Positions 15,422-24,398 of a stretch of 32,000 nt of DNA are shown piece after piece. The stretch covers positions 30,001 through 62,000 of the forward strand of contig CAKQHZ010000001.1 of NCBI GenBank assembly GCA_934246625.1. The letters run 5' to 3'. The translations under genes were made by a program, and so were the position numbers. How positions within the stretch are numbered: the stretch's first letter is position 1; every line of letters begins with the position of its first letter. Origin of the DNA: an uncultured Alphaproteobacteria bacterium. Its GTDB lineage: Bacteria > Pseudomonadota > Alphaproteobacteria > Rs-D84 > CACZYB01. The notes under the pieces were generated by a model that saw nothing but the letters and a program-made list of their open reading frames with translations, did not search any database and had not been told where the DNA came from.

Positions 15422-15720
15422 TATCGAGTATGTTCTTGAGAATTCAAAAACTCTTCATTTCGTTTTTTTATTACAGGAGCAATTCGTTTTTTAAGATACC
15501 TATGAAAATATTGAGGTGTATTGCTTCCCTTACATAAATTACAAATTTTGTGTGCGGGAGCAAAGTTTTTAGAATTTGACACTCCTCCCTTTGATTTTGG
15601 AATTATATGGTCTACACTTAAATCATCAGATGTAAGGATAAGTTCCCCACAAAGATAACAAGTTAAACTTTTACAGTTTATTTCATTTCGCCACATAGAT
15701 AAACAAACTTTTTTATTCAT
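15421..15720 (-). CDS. small phage-type HNH endonuclease (99 aa)
   Basis: The HNH/zinc motif is CYLCGE...LSVDHIIPKSKGGVSNSKNFAPAHKICNLCKG. I prefer ATG 15720, because the track's upstream TTG at 15780 coincides with a promoter -35 box. Confidence 0.8.
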   Translation of the reverse strand: MNKKVCLSMWRNEINCKSLTCYLCGELILTSDDLSVDHIIPKSKGGVSNSKNFAPAHKICNLCKGSNTPQYFHRYLKKRIAPVIKKRNEEFLNSQEHTR

Positions 15721-15751
15721 ATCCAAGCCTGTATTTGTTTTCTTTGATGCA

Positions 15752-15780
15752 AATATATAAACAAAAATCATTTTTGTCAA
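15752..15780 (-). promoter_or_regulatory. candidate sigma70-type promoter of the HNH gene
   Basis: The minus strand reads consensus TTGACA (15780-15775), an exact 17-nt spacer, then TATATT (15757-15752). This ends about 30 nt upstream of ATG 15720. Confidence 0.5.
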
Positions 15781-15797
15781 TAAAATTTATAATATTT

Positions 15798-15823
15798 AAA
15801 AAAAATCCCCTTTTAAGGGGGAT
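15798..15823 (-). terminator. rho-independent terminator after the 222-aa membrane protein gene
   Basis: The minus strand has a TCCCC(C)-TTAAAA-GGGGA hairpin followed by T8. Confidence 0.6.
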
Positions 15824-15826
15824 AAT

Positions 15827-16495
15827 TTATTTTGACTTTTTTGTTTTTGGTTTCTTTATTTTTAATTTAAAGGTTGGATTAAATGTATATAAGTAAATTA
15901 TACTCATATATGAAAAATAAAACATTGTTTCGGCTACTTCCTCAAACATTTCATTATGATATGTTGTTTCACCCAATGTGCCAAAAATAATTCCCAAAAT
16001 AAAAAGTGTCATATCTATGGCTGGGAAATTTGCAAACTTTACATAATTCCATAATGTTTTGTAAAGTTTTTTCCAGAAGAAATATACAAGTGTAAAGCAC
16101 ATAAATATTCCATACAAAGTATTTGGAAGGTTTGGATAATTTGGAAGTATTTCTGACCATTGCTTAAAGGAATTTACTGAATCTTCACAAGGGAAGAAAA
16201 CTCTTCCACAATTTATTTCTCGTAAAAACAAGATAAATGCCAACATTGCAAACCATCTGAACAATGGCTTGTCATCTTTGTTTTTCAATGCAATAAAAAA
16301 AGCACCAAGAAGAATAAATAATTGCAAGTTTTCAAAAAATGAATTTTCCCATGCATACTTTTCAGGAAGCCAAAGAATGCATGGGTATATAGCGATTAAG
16401 GTAATAAGACCTAAAAAAGTTGTTGAATATACTTTAAAGTTTAACCTTGAAAGTATATTTTGTATGGCTTGTCGTATTGTTAATATTATTTTCAT
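15827..16495 (-). CDS. hypothetical polytopic membrane protein (222 aa)
   Basis: It has multiple hydrophobic segments and a Lys-rich C-terminal tail. No family recognised. Confidence 0.75.
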   Translation of the reverse strand: MKIILTIRQAIQNILSRLNFKVYSTTFLGLITLIAIYPCILWLPEKYAWENSFFENLQLFILLGAFFIALKNKDDKPLFRWFAMLAFILFLREINCGRVFFPCEDSVNSFKQWSEILPNYPNLPNTLYGIFMCFTLVYFFWKKLYKTLWNYVKFANFPAIDMTLFILGIIFGTLGETTYHNEMFEEVAETMFYFSYMSIIYLYTFNPTFKLKIKKPKTKKSK

Positions 16496-16548
16496 TTCAA
16501 CTCCTTTTTGATTTTTTACCTAATCACTATAATCTTTTATATCTCCTT

Positions 16549-17079
16549 TTACAAGAAGAAATTCTTTATAATAATGACAAAATTCAAATAAGTCGCAAAT
16601 ATAGTCCATATCAAATATGGATATAGCATTACATAAGAAATATAACTACATTTCTTATAAACCATCATCATTTTCCAAATCACAAATACATAAAATGCAA
16701 TTTCAATAAATGATGTGATAGGGGCACGGATTCCAAAGAACAAAAATGTCCATAAAAAACCGAAAAATAATTGTAATATAAACATAAAAAGCACAGCATT
16801 TTTATTTCTTTTACTTGCTGATTTATAACTTAAACAAGTTGAAATTCCGATTATAACGAATAAAAAACTCCAAACTATGGGAAAAATATAATTCGGCGGT
16901 GTTAATTTTGATTTTACAAGTAAAGGATACCATGCTCGTAAGCTGGTTGTTTGAAAAAATGAACTTAAATATCCTACTAAATTACAAATCAAAACAAAAA
17001 AGGCACATCTTAACAAATCTGTTGTTGTTATTTTGTAAGAGCTTACCCTTTGTTTAGAACTTTTTAATACTTTCGCCAT
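16549..17079 (-). CDS. tspO: TspO/MBR family tryptophan-rich sensory protein
   Basis: WYPLLVKSKLTPPNYIFPIVWSFLF and FLWTFLFFG...YLIWTIFATYLN match the TspO signature. I prefer ATG 17079 (AGGAGGTAAAT-ATG) over the track start at 17133. Confidence 0.8.
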   Translation of the reverse strand: MAKVLKSSKQRVSSYKITTTDLLRCAFFVLICNLVGYLSSFFQTTSLRAWYPLLVKSKLTPPNYIFPIVWSFLFVIIGISTCLSYKSASKRNKNAVLFMFILQLFFGFLWTFLFFGIRAPITSFIEIAFYVFVIWKMMMVYKKCSYISYVMLYPYLIWTIFATYLNFVIIIKNFFL

Positions 17080-17246
17080 ATTTACCTCCTTTGTGTATAG
17101 ATATAACATACAAGAATAATTTTTGAAATGCAACCTAAAATTGTAAAAATTTATTTTTCTATAAAAAATAAGGTTTTAAATTCTGTTGTGTTAGATAATT
17201 TCTTATGTTATAATTATGAACTGTTTAACAAATAAGGAGTAATAAT

Positions 17247-17990
17247 ATGAATATAAAAAATCTTAATATAAACGTAGTATTTGTTGTTATTGTTGCAATA
17301 TTAGGGGTATTTTTTATTAAACCAAATAACAATGATACTATAAATGTATATGGGACTTGCTCTAAAAAAGTAAATAAAGATAGAGTATCAATTATACTTA
17401 ATGTAAAAAACCTTGATAAAGATGGAAGTATCGCATCACAAAAATCAAATAAAACTTATAATACCATTTCTCAATATGTTGCTGAATTAAAAAAACAATA
17501 TCCAGAAATTGAAATGGAAACAACTGAATATAACACATACGAAAAGAAAGAATGGAATCAAAGCCTTAAGAAAAATGAAACTTTGGGAATTGAAACAATT
17601 ATCGGGTTGGAAATTACTGCTCCAAAAATGGAAATAGTTTCAAATGTATTAAAGGAAGTTTCAAAATTAAAAGATGTTTATCCAAATGGATTTAGAACCT
17701 TTGTTTCAAAGGCAACAATCAAACAAGCTCAAGCAGAATGTCTTGACCAAGCTGTTAAAAATGCAAAGTTAAATGCAACTGATATTGCAAGTGCTGCCGG
17801 ACAAAAAATTGGTAAAATGACTAATGCAAGTGTTTATAATGATGTTGAAAATGCAAATAGCAATATGGGACTTTTAAGAATGTCTGCAAATACAAAAATG
17901 TCTGTTATGGAAGATTTTGTTGCTCCATCATTATTTGCTGGTAATACTGATTTAACTGTAAATGTAAATGCTACATTTGAACTTAAATAA
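17247..17990 (+). CDS. SIMPL (DUF541, BP26/Omp28-like) domain periplasmic protein
   Basis: It has an N-terminal signal/anchor. The SIMPL-like layout includes the C-terminal AVKNAKLNATDIASAAGQKIGKM segment. An AAGGAG SD is present. Confidence 0.7.
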   Translation: MNIKNLNINVVFVVIVAILGVFFIKPNNNDTINVYGTCSKKVNKDRVSIILNVKNLDKDGSIASQKSNKTYNTISQYVAELKKQYPEIEMETTEYNTYEKKEWNQSLKKNETLGIETIIGLEITAPKMEIVSNVLKEVSKLKDVYPNGFRTFVSKATIKQAQAECLDQAVKNAKLNATDIASAAGQKIGKMTNASVYNDVENANSNMGLLRMSANTKMSVMEDFVAPSLFAGNTDLTVNVNATFELK

Positions 17991-18014
17991 TTATTAAAAA
18001 AAATGGCTTGTCGT

Positions 18015-18046
18015 AAAAGTGTTGGTGAAAATCAGCACTTTTTTTA
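18015..18046 (+). terminator. rho-independent terminator after the SIMPL gene
   Basis: The hairpin is AGTGTTG ... CAGCACT (one G-U pair), followed by T7. Confidence 0.6.
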
Positions 18047-18192
18047 TTGCAAAAATGATTAAAAAATGTTATATATAAAATATAACTCAAGGAGGATAAA
18101 ATTTTAGAAACTTTGTTTGTATATTGTGTTTATGGAGGTGTTGTATATGCTTCCTTGAAAATTATTAACTCAAAATATTTATAGGTGAAATT

Positions 18193-18699
18193 ATGGCATT
18201 TAATTTGGAGTATGAATTAGATAATTATGTTAAGATTTTAAGGGACACTTATAAAAGACCAGAACAAGCAAATGTTAATGCAGATATGTATTTAGATTTC
18301 GGCCGTATTTTGATTTCTGAAAATAATGAAAAATTGATTAAAGGTATTTCAACTTGTTCTTCTTTTTTGAATAAAAGAAAATATGACAGTTTTTATATTC
18401 CATATGCTTTGTATATGAATTTTAAGGGTATAACTTTTGATTTGAATGACCCAGAATTTTCAAAATATTTTACAAAAGAAGAAAAAATCGAAAATCTTTC
18501 AAGTTCAATAGAATTTTTAAAAACAAAATTAGATAACAAAGAATTTATTGAAAAACTTTATCAGTTAATAAGAAGTGGTGATAATATTGATATTATCTAT
18601 AATACAAATAAACTTCAAATATTGGAAAATGATATAAGTAAAACTAAACGAATGACTGATATGGTTTCAAAAATGTTTCAAAATTCAGCAAATAAATAA
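18193..18699 (+). CDS. hypothetical protein (168 aa)
   Basis: Clean ORF with an AGGTGAAATT-ATG SD. No recognisable domain. Confidence 0.65.
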   Translation: MAFNLEYELDNYVKILRDTYKRPEQANVNADMYLDFGRILISENNEKLIKGISTCSSFLNKRKYDSFYIPYALYMNFKGITFDLNDPEFSKYFTKEEKIENLSSSIEFLKTKLDNKEFIEKLYQLIRSGDNIDIIYNTNKLQILENDISKTKRMTDMVSKMFQNSANK

Positions 18700-18727
18700 A
18701 AAGAGGTTTTTAAAACCTCTTTTTTTA
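18699..18727. terminator. bidirectional terminator between the convergent 168-aa gene and cysS
   Basis: A perfect AGAGGTTTT-T-AAAACCTCT hairpin is flanked by an A-run and a T-run. It overlaps both stop codons. Confidence 0.7.
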
Positions 18728-20131
18728 TACCTTTTTAATTTCGTATCCGTCCTTTTTATCTTCTATAACAAAACCAGAATCAATTATTTGTTTTTTAAGC
18801 TCATCTGCACGAGCATAATTTTTTTCCTGTTTTGCTTGCCAACGAAGTAAAGCAAGGTTTTTAATTTCATCTGGCACATTTATATCCAATAGCTTTTTTG
18901 CCTGTGAAATAAATTCTAAGCCCAAAATATCATCAAACAATTCAAACAATTTTAATTTTGTTGAATTGTCAACATCTGACTTTAAAAGCTCTTGTAATAT
19001 AACAATAACACCAGCGGTATTTAAGTCATTATTTAATGTTTCAAGTATTCTTGATTTCCAAGCATTAAATACCTCTTCATTAAAAGATTCAGAAGATGTA
19101 TTTTTAATAAATTCAGAAACCTTTCGGATAATATTTTCATAACTTTTCTTTGCCCCATCAAGAAGTTCATAAGAAAAATTAAGTTGAGTTCTGTAGCTTG
19201 CAAGAAGAAGGAAATATCTATAGACAAGTGCTGGATAGCCCTTTTCTTTTAATAAAGACAATGTTAAAAATTCGCCTTTTGACTTACTCATTTTACCACT
19301 TAGGTCATTTAAAAATTCCATATGAACCCAATAATTTACCCACTTATGACCTATTACTGGTTCAACCTGTGCAATTTCATTTGTATGATGCACCTTTATA
19401 TGGTCAACACCACCAGAATGGATATCCAAGCGTTCACCAATTTCAGTCAAGCACATTGCGGAACATTCAATATGCCAACCTGGGAATCCTATACCCCAAG
19501 GGCTTTCCCATTCCATTTGGCGTTTTTCATTTTTTGGTGAAAATTTCCATAATGCAAAATCAGAAGCATTTCGTTTGCCAGATGCAAATTCAATTCTTGC
19601 CCCTGCTTTAAGTTCATCAAGATTTTGTCCGCCAAGTTTTCCATAATCTTTGAATTTAGAAGTATCGTAATAAATACCATCATCTTCAATTTTATAAGTA
19701 TATCCTAAATCTTCCAATTTTTTAACAAGGTCTATTTGCTCCTGTATATATTGTGTAGCAGGTGTATATTTCGTTGGAGGAATAATATTTAAGTTTTTAA
19801 CATCTTGCATAAAAACATCTGTGTAATATTTTGCAATATCCCATACAGATTTACCCTCACGACGAGAACCCTTTTCCATTTTATCTTCGCCTGTATCAGC
19901 ATCACTTGTAAGATGACCAACATCTGTGATATTCATAATATGATGAACCTTATACCCATTTGCAAGGAACATTCTTTTCATAATATCTTGAGACACATAA
20001 GTGCGAAGATTTCCAATATGTGCAAAATGATAAACTGTTGGACCGCAAGTATAAATTGAAACCTCTCCATCCTTTAATGGTTTGAAAGTTTCTATACTTC
20101 TTGACATAGTATTATATAATTTTATATCCAT
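18725..20131 (-). CDS. cysS: cysteine--tRNA ligase
   Basis: Class I motifs are HIGN (FAHIGNLRTY) and KMSKS, with typical CysRS sequence throughout. I prefer ATG 20131 (MDIKLYNTMSR, AGAGAGG SD), because the track's extension to 20209 runs through the neighbouring gene's terminator. Confidence 0.95.
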   Translation of the reverse strand: MDIKLYNTMSRSIETFKPLKDGEVSIYTCGPTVYHFAHIGNLRTYVSQDIMKRMFLANGYKVHHIMNITDVGHLTSDADTGEDKMEKGSRREGKSVWDIAKYYTDVFMQDVKNLNIIPPTKYTPATQYIQEQIDLVKKLEDLGYTYKIEDDGIYYDTSKFKDYGKLGGQNLDELKAGARIEFASGKRNASDFALWKFSPKNEKRQMEWESPWGIGFPGWHIECSAMCLTEIGERLDIHSGGVDHIKVHHTNEIAQVEPVIGHKWVNYWVHMEFLNDLSGKMSKSKGEFLTLSLLKEKGYPALVYRYFLLLASYRTQLNFSYELLDGAKKSYENIIRKVSEFIKNTSSESFNEEVFNAWKSRILETLNNDLNTAGVIVILQELLKSDVDNSTKLKLFELFDDILGLEFISQAKKLLDINVPDEIKNLALLRWQAKQEKNYARADELKKQIIDSGFVIEDKKDGYEIKKV

Positions 20132-20190
20132 AATAAACCTCTCTTTAAAAGAATAATAAAATATATTCTTTTTTAGTTCAATCAATTTAT

Positions 20191-20219
20191 AAAAAAAAAT
20201 AGGCGACAAAGCACCTATT
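20191..20219 (-). terminator. rho-independent terminator after the second SIMPL gene
   Basis: The minus strand has the stem AATAGGTG / CGCCTATT (one G-U pair) with loop CTTTGT, followed by T9. Confidence 0.65.
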
Positions 20220-20242
20220 TCATAAAATATTTAAAAATAAAT

Positions 20243-20971
20243 TTACTCTAACCAATATTCAATAGTTGAAACAACACGAACCTTTTTTGAAATAAAGTTG
20301 CGTTCACTTTCGTTCATATCGTCTTGAGGCATAATTGAAAACACACCTTGTGAAGCCTTTCTGATTTTACCAACGGCTGAACCACTTGCCTTTGCAAATT
20401 GTTCGGCTGATTCCTTTGCATTTTTGGTTGCTTCTTCAAGCATTTTTGGCTTTACTTCGTTTAACTTTGTAAATAAATAACTTACAGGTGAGGAATATTC
20501 ATTACCATCAAATAAAATACCATTTGATACAAGTTTTGAAATATCACTTGATGCTTTTTCAACCAAATTAACATCTGTTGATTTTACATTTACCTTTTGT
20601 GTTAAAATATAACGATATGGTGGAACAGAATCGCTTCCATAACGTTCTGCAAGTTTATCAACAACACTTAAACTTGGAACTGTGATATTATCTTCGGTAA
20701 AGCCAGATGATAAAAGGAACTTTTTTACATCATCAAGTTGTTTTTCAATTTTCTTTTGTGATGCAAGCATATCATTACCAGCAACAGTAAATTTGATTTT
20801 CCAAATGGCTAAATCTGCCTTTACGTCCATTTCAGCCAATCCCTTTACAACAACAGAATTATTTGTTTTGTATGTTTTAAAATAATAATACCCTGGGAAA
20901 AAACCTGCACACATTAAACCAAGACATAAAACAACACCATAAATTAACTTTGTTTTTCTTTTTTCTTCCAT
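20243..20971 (-). CDS. SIMPL (DUF541) domain protein, N-terminally membrane-anchored
   Basis: It has a TM anchor (LIYGVVLCLGLMCAGFFPGYYYF). The SIMPL-like segments are VVVKGLAEMDVKADLAIWKIKF and EEATKNAKESAEQFAKASGSAVGKI. Confidence 0.7.
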   Translation of the reverse strand: MEEKRKTKLIYGVVLCLGLMCAGFFPGYYYFKTYKTNNSVVVKGLAEMDVKADLAIWKIKFTVAGNDMLASQKKIEKQLDDVKKFLLSSGFTEDNITVPSLSVVDKLAERYGSDSVPPYRYILTQKVNVKSTDVNLVEKASSDISKLVSNGILFDGNEYSSPVSYLFTKLNEVKPKMLEEATKNAKESAEQFAKASGSAVGKIRKASQGVFSIMPQDDMNESERNFISKKVRVVSTIEYWLE

Positions 20972-21112
20972 TTTGACCTCCTTGTTTAATTAAATAATAA
21001 TATTAAAATAACACTTATAAAAATAAAAGGCAACTGTTAAAAAAATACTTTACTTTCATATAGGTATCAATTATCATAAAAAGACAAAAATCAAATAGAT
21101 AAAGGTAGAAAA

Positions 21113-23701
21113 ATGTCAGAGCAAAATATCAATACTTATTCAGCTAATTTATATAAATTTCAAGAAGATAATGGATACTTTATGGCAAAACCAGAAAGTA
21201 ATAAACCTCGATTTTCAATTATGATTCCTCCTCCTAATGTAACAGGAAATCTTCACCTTGGTCATGCTTTTACTATGACTATGCAAGATATTATTATTCG
21301 TTATAAAAGAATGTGCGGTTTTGATACTCTTCTTTTACCAGGAACTGACCATGCAAGTATTGCTACACAAATGCTTGTTGAAAAGCATCTTAAAACTCAG
21401 GGCATTGACCGTCTTGAAATAGGAAGAGAACGTTTCCTTGAAAAAGCATGGGAATGGAAAAAAATGTATGCTGGAAACATTACTACACAATTAAGAAGTA
21501 TTGGTTATTCCGCAGATTGGAGCCGTGAAAGATTTACTCTTGATGATGGGTTAAATAAGGCCGTTGTAGAAGCATTTGTTCGTATGTATGAAGATGGACT
21601 TATTTACAAGGATAAACGACTTGTTAATTGGGACCCAAATCTTTTAACTTCACTTAGCGATTTGGAAGTTGATATGGTTGAAACAAATGGTTCTATGTGG
21701 CATTTACGATATGATATTGATGGTTGTGATGAAAGTATTATCGTTGCAACAACTCGCCCTGAAACTATGCTTGGAGATACTGGTATTGCAGTAAATCCAA
21801 ATGATGAAAGATTCAAACATTTAATTGGAAAGTTTGCGATACTTCCTATTGTTGGAAGAAAGATTGAAATAGTCGGTGATGATTATGCTGATATGACAAA
21901 GGGAACTGGTGCTGTGAAAATTACACCTGCACACGATTTCAATGATTTCGAAGTTGGAAAACGTCATAACCTTGGCATAATAAATATTTTGCATGCAGAT
22001 GCAACTATTGATACATCAAAGATTGAAAATCCAAATGAATTTGTAAAATCTTTGGAAGGCAAAGACCGATTTGTTGCACGAAAGATTATTGTTGAAAAAT
22101 TAAAAGAACTTGGCAACCTTGTAAAAATAGAACCATATACACATCAGGTTCCACACTCTCAACGTGGGGGTGCAATTGTTGAACCAAGAATTACAGAACA
22201 ATGGTATCTTGACGTTTCTGAAATGGCAAAAAAATCTATTGATTTGGTTAAAAAAGGCGAACTAAACTTTGTTCCAAAAATGTGGGAAAACACTTTCTTT
22301 GCTTGGCTTGAAAATATACAACCTTGGTGTATTTCAAGACAACTTTGGTGGGGACATCAAATTCCTGCTTACTATAGCGAAGATGGAAAGGTCTATGTCG
22401 CTCGCTCTTTAGCAGAAGCTCAAAAACAAGCAGGTGAAGGTGTAAAACTTACACAAGATGATGATGTGCTTGATACTTGGTTTTCTTCTGGACTTTGGCC
22501 TATGTCAACACTTGGTTGGCCAGACGAAAATGCAATAGATTTCAAAACATATTTCCCAACATCAACTTTGATTACTGGGTTTGATATTATATTTTTCTGG
22601 GTCGCAAGAATGGTGATGTTCAGTGTCTACTTTACTGGTAAATCTCCTTTCAAAACTGTGGTTTGTCATGGACTTGTTCGCGATGAACATGGTGTAAAAA
22701 TGAGTAAGACAAAGGGCAATGTCATAAATCCTCTTGAATTGATAGAAGAATTTGATGTGGATTCTGTTCGTTGGACCGTATGTTCTTTGTCTGGTCAGGG
22801 AAGAGATATAAACTTTGGTAAATCAGCAGTGGAAAATGGTCGAAAGTTTATAACAAAACTTAAAAATGCTATTAACTTTTGGGAACAAAAAGGTATAAAG
22901 GAAGCATCTGATTTCGATAATAACGAATCAAATGCAATTACAAATTGGATTTTAAATAAAATGAATGTTGCAATTAAAAATGCAAAAATTGCGTTGGATA
23001 ATTACAGATATGATGAATATGCACAAAATATATACCATTTTGTTTGGGACGATTTCTGTGATAACTTTATTGAACTTTCAAAATCTGAACTTAATTCTGA
23101 TAAGAAAGATTTGATTTTAAGTGTGGCAAAACTTGTTATCCAAAATGTCTTAAAAATGTTGCAAGTTGTAATTCCTGCAACAACAGCCCTACTTTGGTCA
23201 AAACTTGGTTTTGGTAAGGATACAGAATTTATGTTTGAAAGTTATCCAAATGAAATAAGTATTGATACATCAAACATTTCTGATATTGATTGGTTGTTAA
23301 ATGTTATTACTGCAATTCGAAATATTCGTGCAGAAAATAAAATTGGATTTAAAGAAACTCTTCAATTTGCATTTAAAAATATTGATGAAGATAAAAAACA
23401 ATATATCAAACTTATTGAAGAACATACAAACGTTGTTTTGGCAAATATCCAAGATGATATGGTTGACAATGTGATTGATAAAAATACAACTTTATCTATT
23501 CTTCTTCCTCAAACAAACAAAGACGAGGAAATAAAAAAGGCAAAGGAAGAGTTGGAAAACATTTCAAAACGAATCGAAAGTTTAAAAGCTCAGATTTCAA
23601 AAATGGAAGGCAAAGCTCCTGCTAATGTCATAGAAGACAGAAAGAAAAGTTTAAATGATGCAATAGAAAAGAAATCTCAATTAGAACAAATTATTGGATA
23701 A
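21113..23701 (+). CDS. valS: valine--tRNA ligase
   Basis: 862 aa. Motifs are PPPNVTGNLHLGHA (HIGH) and KMSKTKGN (KMSKS), an editing domain is present, and the C-terminus is a coiled coil. Confidence 0.97.
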   Translation: MSEQNINTYSANLYKFQEDNGYFMAKPESNKPRFSIMIPPPNVTGNLHLGHAFTMTMQDIIIRYKRMCGFDTLLLPGTDHASIATQMLVEKHLKTQGIDRLEIGRERFLEKAWEWKKMYAGNITTQLRSIGYSADWSRERFTLDDGLNKAVVEAFVRMYEDGLIYKDKRLVNWDPNLLTSLSDLEVDMVETNGSMWHLRYDIDGCDESIIVATTRPETMLGDTGIAVNPNDERFKHLIGKFAILPIVGRKIEIVGDDYADMTKGTGAVKITPAHDFNDFEVGKRHNLGIINILHADATIDTSKIENPNEFVKSLEGKDRFVARKIIVEKLKELGNLVKIEPYTHQVPHSQRGGAIVEPRITEQWYLDVSEMAKKSIDLVKKGELNFVPKMWENTFFAWLENIQPWCISRQLWWGHQIPAYYSEDGKVYVARSLAEAQKQAGEGVKLTQDDDVLDTWFSSGLWPMSTLGWPDENAIDFKTYFPTSTLITGFDIIFFWVARMVMFSVYFTGKSPFKTVVCHGLVRDEHGVKMSKTKGNVINPLELIEEFDVDSVRWTVCSLSGQGRDINFGKSAVENGRKFITKLKNAINFWEQKGIKEASDFDNNESNAITNWILNKMNVAIKNAKIALDNYRYDEYAQNIYHFVWDDFCDNFIELSKSELNSDKKDLILSVAKLVIQNVLKMLQVVIPATTALLWSKLGFGKDTEFMFESYPNEISIDTSNISDIDWLLNVITAIRNIRAENKIGFKETLQFAFKNIDEDKKQYIKLIEEHTNVVLANIQDDMVDNVIDKNTTLSILLPQTNKDEEIKKAKEELENISKRIESLKAQISKMEGKAPANVIEDRKKSLNDAIEKKSQLEQIIG

Positions 23702-23704
23702 ATA

Positions 23705-24334
23705 ATGGCAGAATTACTTGATATTTATGATGAAAATAAAAATCATATTGGCACAGAAGACAGAAATATCGTTCACGAAAAAGGTTTGTGACATAAAACA
23801 ATTCATTGTTGGATTGTAAAGGATAAGAAAAATATTATTTTTCAAAGACGTGCTTCTCACCTTGACGATAATCCATCTAAACTTTATACCACAGCAAGCG
23901 GACATTTAAAGGCTGGGGAAACTTTAGATAATGCTTTTAGGCGAGAAATTTCCGAAGAAATTGGGATTATGGTTGATAATCCAAAACGACTTTTTGAAGT
24001 GATTTACAAAACTGACTTTATCACTAAATCAAATAAGGAATTTCACGATAGAGTTTTTTGTAATATCTTTTTCGCAAACTATGATGCTCCACTTTCATCT
24101 TATAATATTCAAACTGATGAACTTGACGGTATAGTTGAGGTTGGTATAAATGACGCATTGGATTTATTTGATGGTAAAGTGGAAAAAATCAATGGAAAAT
24201 CCTATTTAAAAGAAGGCAAAGAATTTGTATTAAAAGATATTGAGCTTTCAAAAAAAGATTTCTTAACAAATCCAAATGAAACGTGCAAGGAAAAGTATAG
24301 CTATATTTTAAAAGCTATTCTTGAAAAGTTATAA
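23705..24334 (+). pseudogene. NUDIX hydrolase gene interrupted by a single in-frame TGA at codon 29 (either a nonsense allele or a recoded TGA)
   Basis: ATG 23705 lies 3 nt after the valS stop. The frame reads MAELLDIYDENKNHIGTEDRNIVHEKGL*HKTIHCWIVKDKKNIIFQRRASHLDDNPSKLYTTASGHLKAGETLDNAFRREISEEIGI... and continues in frame into the track ORF 23969-24334. The Nudix box GX5EX7REUXEEXGU is intact downstream of the TGA (23789-23791). Confidence 0.75.
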
Positions 24335-24371
24335 TAGAAATTTTGACATGAAAAAATATGGTATTAAAAAA

Positions 24372-24398
24372 CCCCTCAATCGAGGGGCATTTTTTTAT
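24372..24398. terminator. bidirectional terminator between the NUDIX gene and pyrG
   Basis: The CCCCTC-AATC-GAGGGG hairpin is followed by CATTTTTTTATTTT and preceded by an A-run. Confidence 0.7.

Noticed and set aside
15215-15439. 74-aa plus-strand ORF across the repeat and hairpin region.
   Set aside because: It has no SD, it is antisense to all neighbouring genes, and the region is dominated by promoter, repeat and hairpin structure.
18144-18170. GGAGG-ATG-CTT-CCT-TGA three-codon mini-ORF in the leader of the 168-aa gene.
   Set aside because: It is too short to evaluate, and no attenuator-like alternative hairpins are evident.
16549-20971. TspO plus two SIMPL-domain paralogues flanking cysS, considered as a possible envelope-stress module.
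   Set aside because: The genes are in different orientations, each with its own terminator, and are separated by housekeeping cysS. There is no operon structure, so this is ordinary core-genome content.
23789-23791. The idea that the whole organism uses translation table 4 (TGA=Trp).
   Set aside because: All large housekeeping ORFs in the window (polA, valS, cysS, pyrG, secY, rpoA and others) are uninterrupted under the standard code and encode Trp with TGG. In DNA this AT-rich, a table-4 genome would use TGA for most Trp codons. It is kept only as a low-probability alternative in the NUDIX finding.
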